The position numbers were made by a program, and so were the translations under genes. Below, in pieces: positions 61,545 to 64,000 of a DNA stretch of 64,000 bases. Source of the stretch: Obrimoposthia wandeli. Its lineage: Eukaryota. The first letter of the stretch is position 1. Every line of letters begins with the position of its first letter. A model generated the notes under the pieces. It was not told the DNA's origin. It saw only the letters and a list, made by a program, of their open reading frames with translations, and did not search any database. Location: contig CDROCS010000787.1 of assembly GCA_977020255.1 (NCBI GenBank), positions 186,001 through 250,000 of the forward strand. Direction: 5' to 3'.

Positions 61545-62959
61545 TTGCATATAGTTATATCTTTCTTAATTAATTTACTCTATTACCTTTAAGAACACAC
61601 TTATAAAGTGTTTTCAAACCACTAAAATCTATACATTGTGCGATTTGTCAGAAAAAACACGCTATAAAAAAGTATCATCAGTTACACTCAAATCCACAAA
61701 GCGAGCTTTTGATGTTTCTGGAATTAATCTTCTTAAAAAACATAAATAACACAATCACGGAAATCTAAACGTATATATTGACTGATCACCTTACAATATA
61801 ACCTGAAGCCTACGTAAATCTAGACAAATCATCAAAAAATTAAAATTATTACTTGATTTTATCTATCAGTGTTGTCCTTCAGAATTTTTATCTGACTAAT
61901 GCCGTCAATTTTGTAATCAAATGAATTTCCCAATAAATTCATCTCATTATTAATCCCTTAAGGACTATTCTAGGAGACAAAAAATTACGATTTTTTGATA
62001 TATATTTAAAAAACATAAGGTAAATAAGAAGCTTACATGTTTCATTTTTTTATTCTACCTGGTATAAATTAGGAAATATTATATGTGTAACATTACTTCT
62101 ATTTAAAAGTTTTTAAAACAAAAATTGCAACAAAAAACATTATATTTTAAAATTTAGTAACAATTTTGATAAGAGTTTAAAAGTGTTACACATTACAAAA
62201 GACTATGTTTTTACACGCAAAGCATCGTTTGACACGAGATTGCTATGACTTACATAAAACATATACGAAATTTAACATCATATTCTATAATACTAAAATT
62301 TGATTGGATGTTATCAATCGACAATTCTATTGGAGACTTTCAAGAAATATTATTTTCACGCTATACTCGATTTTTTTTTCACGTTACACATATGTACCAT
62401 CAGTTCTTAATGGGTTTACCAAATAATTAGATTACTAAACCGCCAATAATCAAATATATCCGTTAATATCATACTTGTCAGGATGTTACTTAAGTACACT
62501 ACTAATATTCACGTACTTGAAAGGATTTTTATCAATGTTTATTGTCATACTAAACACAAATGAATATTAATAAAACCAACATTTGTATGCCAAATAATGT
62601 CAGATTAAATTATGGTGATAAATATTATATCAAATGTAAAAGAAAATGCAAACACTTGAAAATCCTAAAAATCATCGAAAAAAAATATTTAAAAAATTAA
62701 ATGTAATTAGAACGTTTTTAAATGACAAAGCTCAATGACGAATAAAATTTATTTCCAAAAACACTTCTTGTGCAATAGAAATAAATAAATTAAGTGTAAA
62801 AATGGTCATTAAAGTTAAAGGACATAAAAAAACGAAATTCATAAAGTTTTCATTTGAATAAAGAAAAAACATATACTAATTTTTCTACTCAGCTGCTAAA
62901 ACCGGAAATGTGCGTATTTTGTTTGAATTTTTAATATCAAACACAACAAAAACAGCAGC

Positions 62960-63500
62960 TACATAAAAATGGTAGAAATAGTTTCTTTGTGGATGGTTTT
63001 TTGTTGTTGTACTTTGGGATCATGGGCCCTACAGTTTTCTACCACTATTCAACCTTTTATCTTTCATTACTAAGCTTATTGTCTTTTGACAGAAGCCATT
63101 CGGTAGAAGTTTTATAAGTCATTCACGCCTTTTTGCTTTTGTATGTAGCCGGTTGACATTTGAGGTTTTCCGACATCTTGGTTTCGCTTACTTTCTTATT
63201 ACTAGTAATGGAAGCTTAAATAAAGCCATCCATATTGCATATGACATGTTTTAAATTGGCTTTCTTACCTCCGTAATATGGGTTACCTTAGAAAGTGTAC
63301 TTTCTATTTGAGAGAATCCAGAAGATTAGGCCTGTTTCATCATCGTTATAAATAGTCCTTCATAATTTCTGAAATTTTACTAAGTCAGTTCTCAACTCTT
63401 TGTTTAAATACCTCACCGTATTCACCATTTCCAACCCAAAATGTAATTTCATTACGTCACATAAATTAAAGTATAATTTTCAAATGGTATTATAATTTTT
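62960..63500 (-). mobile_element. Pogo/Tigger (DDE_1) transposase remnant
   Basis: The minus strand gives IYNDDETGLIFW and TYKSKKA*MTYKTSTEWLLSKDNKL, matching IYN.DETGLF and Y.SNKKAWMT..IF.EWL..LD. Confidence 0.7.
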
Positions 63501-64000
63501 TAATTTAATTTTAAACAAAATAAATATTATTTTTCATTACAATAATACATTTTAGAACACTTTAGAAACATAGGACTGTGGAATAAGGTAGTTACAATTG
63601 AAAATACGCCATAAAGTGTAAAAAAACTATAATAAGTACGTTATAACCGAAATTGCGTTATATGCAAATACGCTTTAACCATAGTATCATTAAATGTATT
63701 TATATACAAATGTAGTTGAGACCAGGGAAGCATGGTTTGTTAAAACGGGAATATAAAATGATTTTTACACTACTGAAGTATTATTTTAAAAATATTATAA
63801 TCATTTAATAAAATTATTTCATTTACTACCATTCTGACAAAAAAACGTTATATTTATAATTATCAGTTATTAATACGTGAATTATCCTAATAACTTTCAA
63901 TGCAGGTTGACAAAATAATTTTTCAAAATAAAATGTCAATAATAGAACAGGAAAATGTACCTGATTCGTTTGGAAATTTGTGGCAGGACTTTGGCCAGCT

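Overview
Very AT-rich, intron-containing genomic DNA from an animal, probably an invertebrate; the species cannot be fixed from the sequence. Three spliced host genes can be reconstructed by eye: (1) the last three exons of an unidentified Pro/Ser-rich, coiled-coil protein (+, 3016-5807); (2) a complete five-exon RGK-family (Rad/Gem/Rem-like) small GTPase (+, 14215-38198); (3) the 3' eight exons of a centaurin-gamma/AGAP PH-ArfGAP-ankyrin gene (-, 61024-41759), which runs off the right end. Introns and intergenic DNA are full of decayed mobile elements. These include a 7.9-kb BEL/Pao LTR retrotransposon with both LTRs, PBS, PPT and a 5-bp TSD, nested in the integrase of an older BEL/Pao copy; a Polinton/Maverick-like remnant (DNA polymerase B plus integrase); a Tigger/pogo element with TIRs; several Tc1/mariner, hAT and pogo fragments; and a gypsy-like remnant carrying a ubiquitin-like domain. 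The most striking items are an intact, GC-rich type I hammerhead ribozyme at 10383-10432, at the end of a ~1-kb compositionally foreign island, and an intronless, 3'-truncated copy of the host translation factor eIF3d between the PBS and gag of the LTR retrotransposon. A second, degenerate hammerhead-like motif lies in an AGAP intron. All calls come from manual reading, translation and base-pairing; no searches were run.
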